Part shown: piece by piece, positions 62,869-64,000 of the stretch
Layout of the letters: each line of letters starts with the position of its first letter
Position numbering within the stretch: the stretch's first letter is position 1
Origin: Tubiluchus corallicola
Taxonomy: Eukaryota; Animalia; Priapulida
Direction: 5' to 3'
NCBI GenBank assembly: GCA_030141605.1
Contig: JAQGDQ010000011.1
Coordinates: 1,236,066-1,300,065 of the forward strand
DNA length: 64,000 bases
Notes under the pieces: model-generated
The model's input: the letters and a program-made list of their open reading frames with translations, nothing else
Told to the model about the DNA's origin: nothing
Database searches by the model: none
Translations under genes and position numbers: made by a program

Positions 62869-64000
62869 TCAAGCAAGCAATGGTCTCTGCTCTTCCTGGT
62901 TTGATTCGGTGCTCACGACACGACGGCAGGCACAGTACTTCTCCCACCAGCAGTGTCGATGTATCCGGTACACGCCGGAATTCGGATGGTCGTTGCAGTA
63001 CGAGAGAAACTCATGTAAATCGCTTTTGGGAAAGCCATGCTCGTAGTACTCCTTGATGGTTTCATAAGAGTCGAGGATGATCGCCATGACGAGACTAAGC
63101 ACCACATAGATGAACAAGCTTATGAAGAAGTAAAGGTATATACGACTGTACCACCAGACCGCAGTACTGCTACGTTCCGATGAGAGCGCAGAAAACGTTG
63201 CAAACATGTCGTCTCCATTTATCAGCGAGAACATGGCTTCAGAAGTGGTGCTGATAGATTGAAATTTCTTGTGATATGGTCCCAGTACAACCCAGCCACA
63301 CAACATGAATCCACAGTAGATGAGTAACGCACACAGGAGGAAGCGGAGGACATTCGGCAGGGCCCTCTTCAGAGTCAAAATCAAAATATTGTATTTTGGA
63401 AAGAAGCCAAGGTATCGTAGCACGCCTATCCACAGCAGCAGGTTTCCGGTGCCGAGCATGATGCTGCAACCGTCAAAACTTTCACTATGTTTGTAATCGA
63501 TCTGGATTCTCACAACGGTGCCGATGACGATCAGAATATCATTGACCACGATCATCACGTACCAACAGTTGAGAAAATGAAGTTTATCATTCCAGGTTAA
63601 GTCCTTGTTATAATGGTCACGGAACAGCAGCACTGTTTCTTCTTTTAGCTGGAATGCACGTAGCAAGGACCGCACACACAGTACGGCTGATAAAATGCAC
63701 AGTATAACCACTAAGCAATTTAACACCATGGCCAAAGCTTTTCTGGTGTTTTCATTAGCTTTGTATTCAATAGTGCCATTGACGCACGTGATTCGGGTCG
63801 GCTCTGAGTCTAAATTTACAACAACCTGTCCACTATGGGCTCTGTTGTCGTAAAATATGGAAATGTCAAATTCGTAGCAATCAGGAGTATCGTAAGGTGA
63901 TTCTGCTTTCAAATGAACAGACTTTATGTAGAGATTCAAATGGGCATCAACTAAGCTATCGAAATGTATCGAGAAATTGTTTGCAGCAAAATATTCCTTG
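62869..64000 (-). CDS. MCOLN: Mucolipin (TRPML) cation channel, C-terminal part; open to the window edge, no intron in the visible part
   Basis: YDNRAHSGQ, multiple TM helices, LRYLGFF, CGWVVLGPYH, pore motif FSLINGDDMF, C-terminal dileucine signal EQRPLL. Confidence 0.95.
   Translation of the reverse strand, partial: KEYFAANNFSIHFDSLVDAHLNLYIKSVHLKAESPYDTPDCYEFDISIFYDNRAHSGQVVVNLDSEPTRITCVNGTIEYKANENTRKALAMVLNCLVVILCILSAVLCVRSLLRAFQLKEETVLLFRDHYNKDLTWNDKLHFLNCWYVMIVVNDILIVIGTVVRIQIDYKHSESFDGCSIMLGTGNLLLWIGVLRYLGFFPKYNILILTLKRALPNVLRFLLCALLIYCGFMLCGWVVLGPYHKKFQSISTTSEAMFSLINGDDMFATFSALSSERSSTAVWWYSRIYLYFFISLFIYVVLSLVMAIILDSYETIKEYYEHGFPKSDLHEFLSYCNDHPNSGVYRIHRHCWWEKYCACRRVVSTESNQEEQRPLLA

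Overview
AT-rich, intron-containing genomic DNA from an invertebrate animal; the brainiac-type motif suggests an arthropod or other ecdysozoan, but the species cannot be determined. All splice models were read by hand: every intron is GT-AG with consistent phases, and none has RNA support. Seven protein-coding genes are present: (1) the last four exons of lysosomal alpha-mannosidase (+, to 2195); (2) CTU1 with an intronless CDS (-, 2841-3842); (3) a synaptotagmin-like Rab27 effector of Slp4/5 or bitesize type (+, 13675-30687), with SHD, Zn finger, giant acidic exons and C2A/C2B; (4) DDX6/me31B (-, 33519-49224, 10 coding exons, 470 aa); (5) an intronless brainiac-like GT31 glycosyltransferase nested on the same strand inside a DDX6 intron; (6) U2AF1/U2af38 (+, 53906-58832, 242 aa), head-to-head with DDX6; (7) the 3' part of a mucolipin/TRPML gene (-, 62869 to the window end). 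Introns hold MITEs, SINE fragments and minisatellites. The most notable observations are a minimal hammerhead ribozyme with a U3-A8 covariation, sense to the DDX6 pre-mRNA; a frame-preserving 274-aa Gln/His-rich candidate cassette exon between C2A and C2B; a candidate alternative last exon giving a C2-less (Slac2-like) isoform; a perfect 96-bp duplication of the last Slp splice acceptor that creates a truncating alternative; and the same-strand nesting of brainiac in DDX6.
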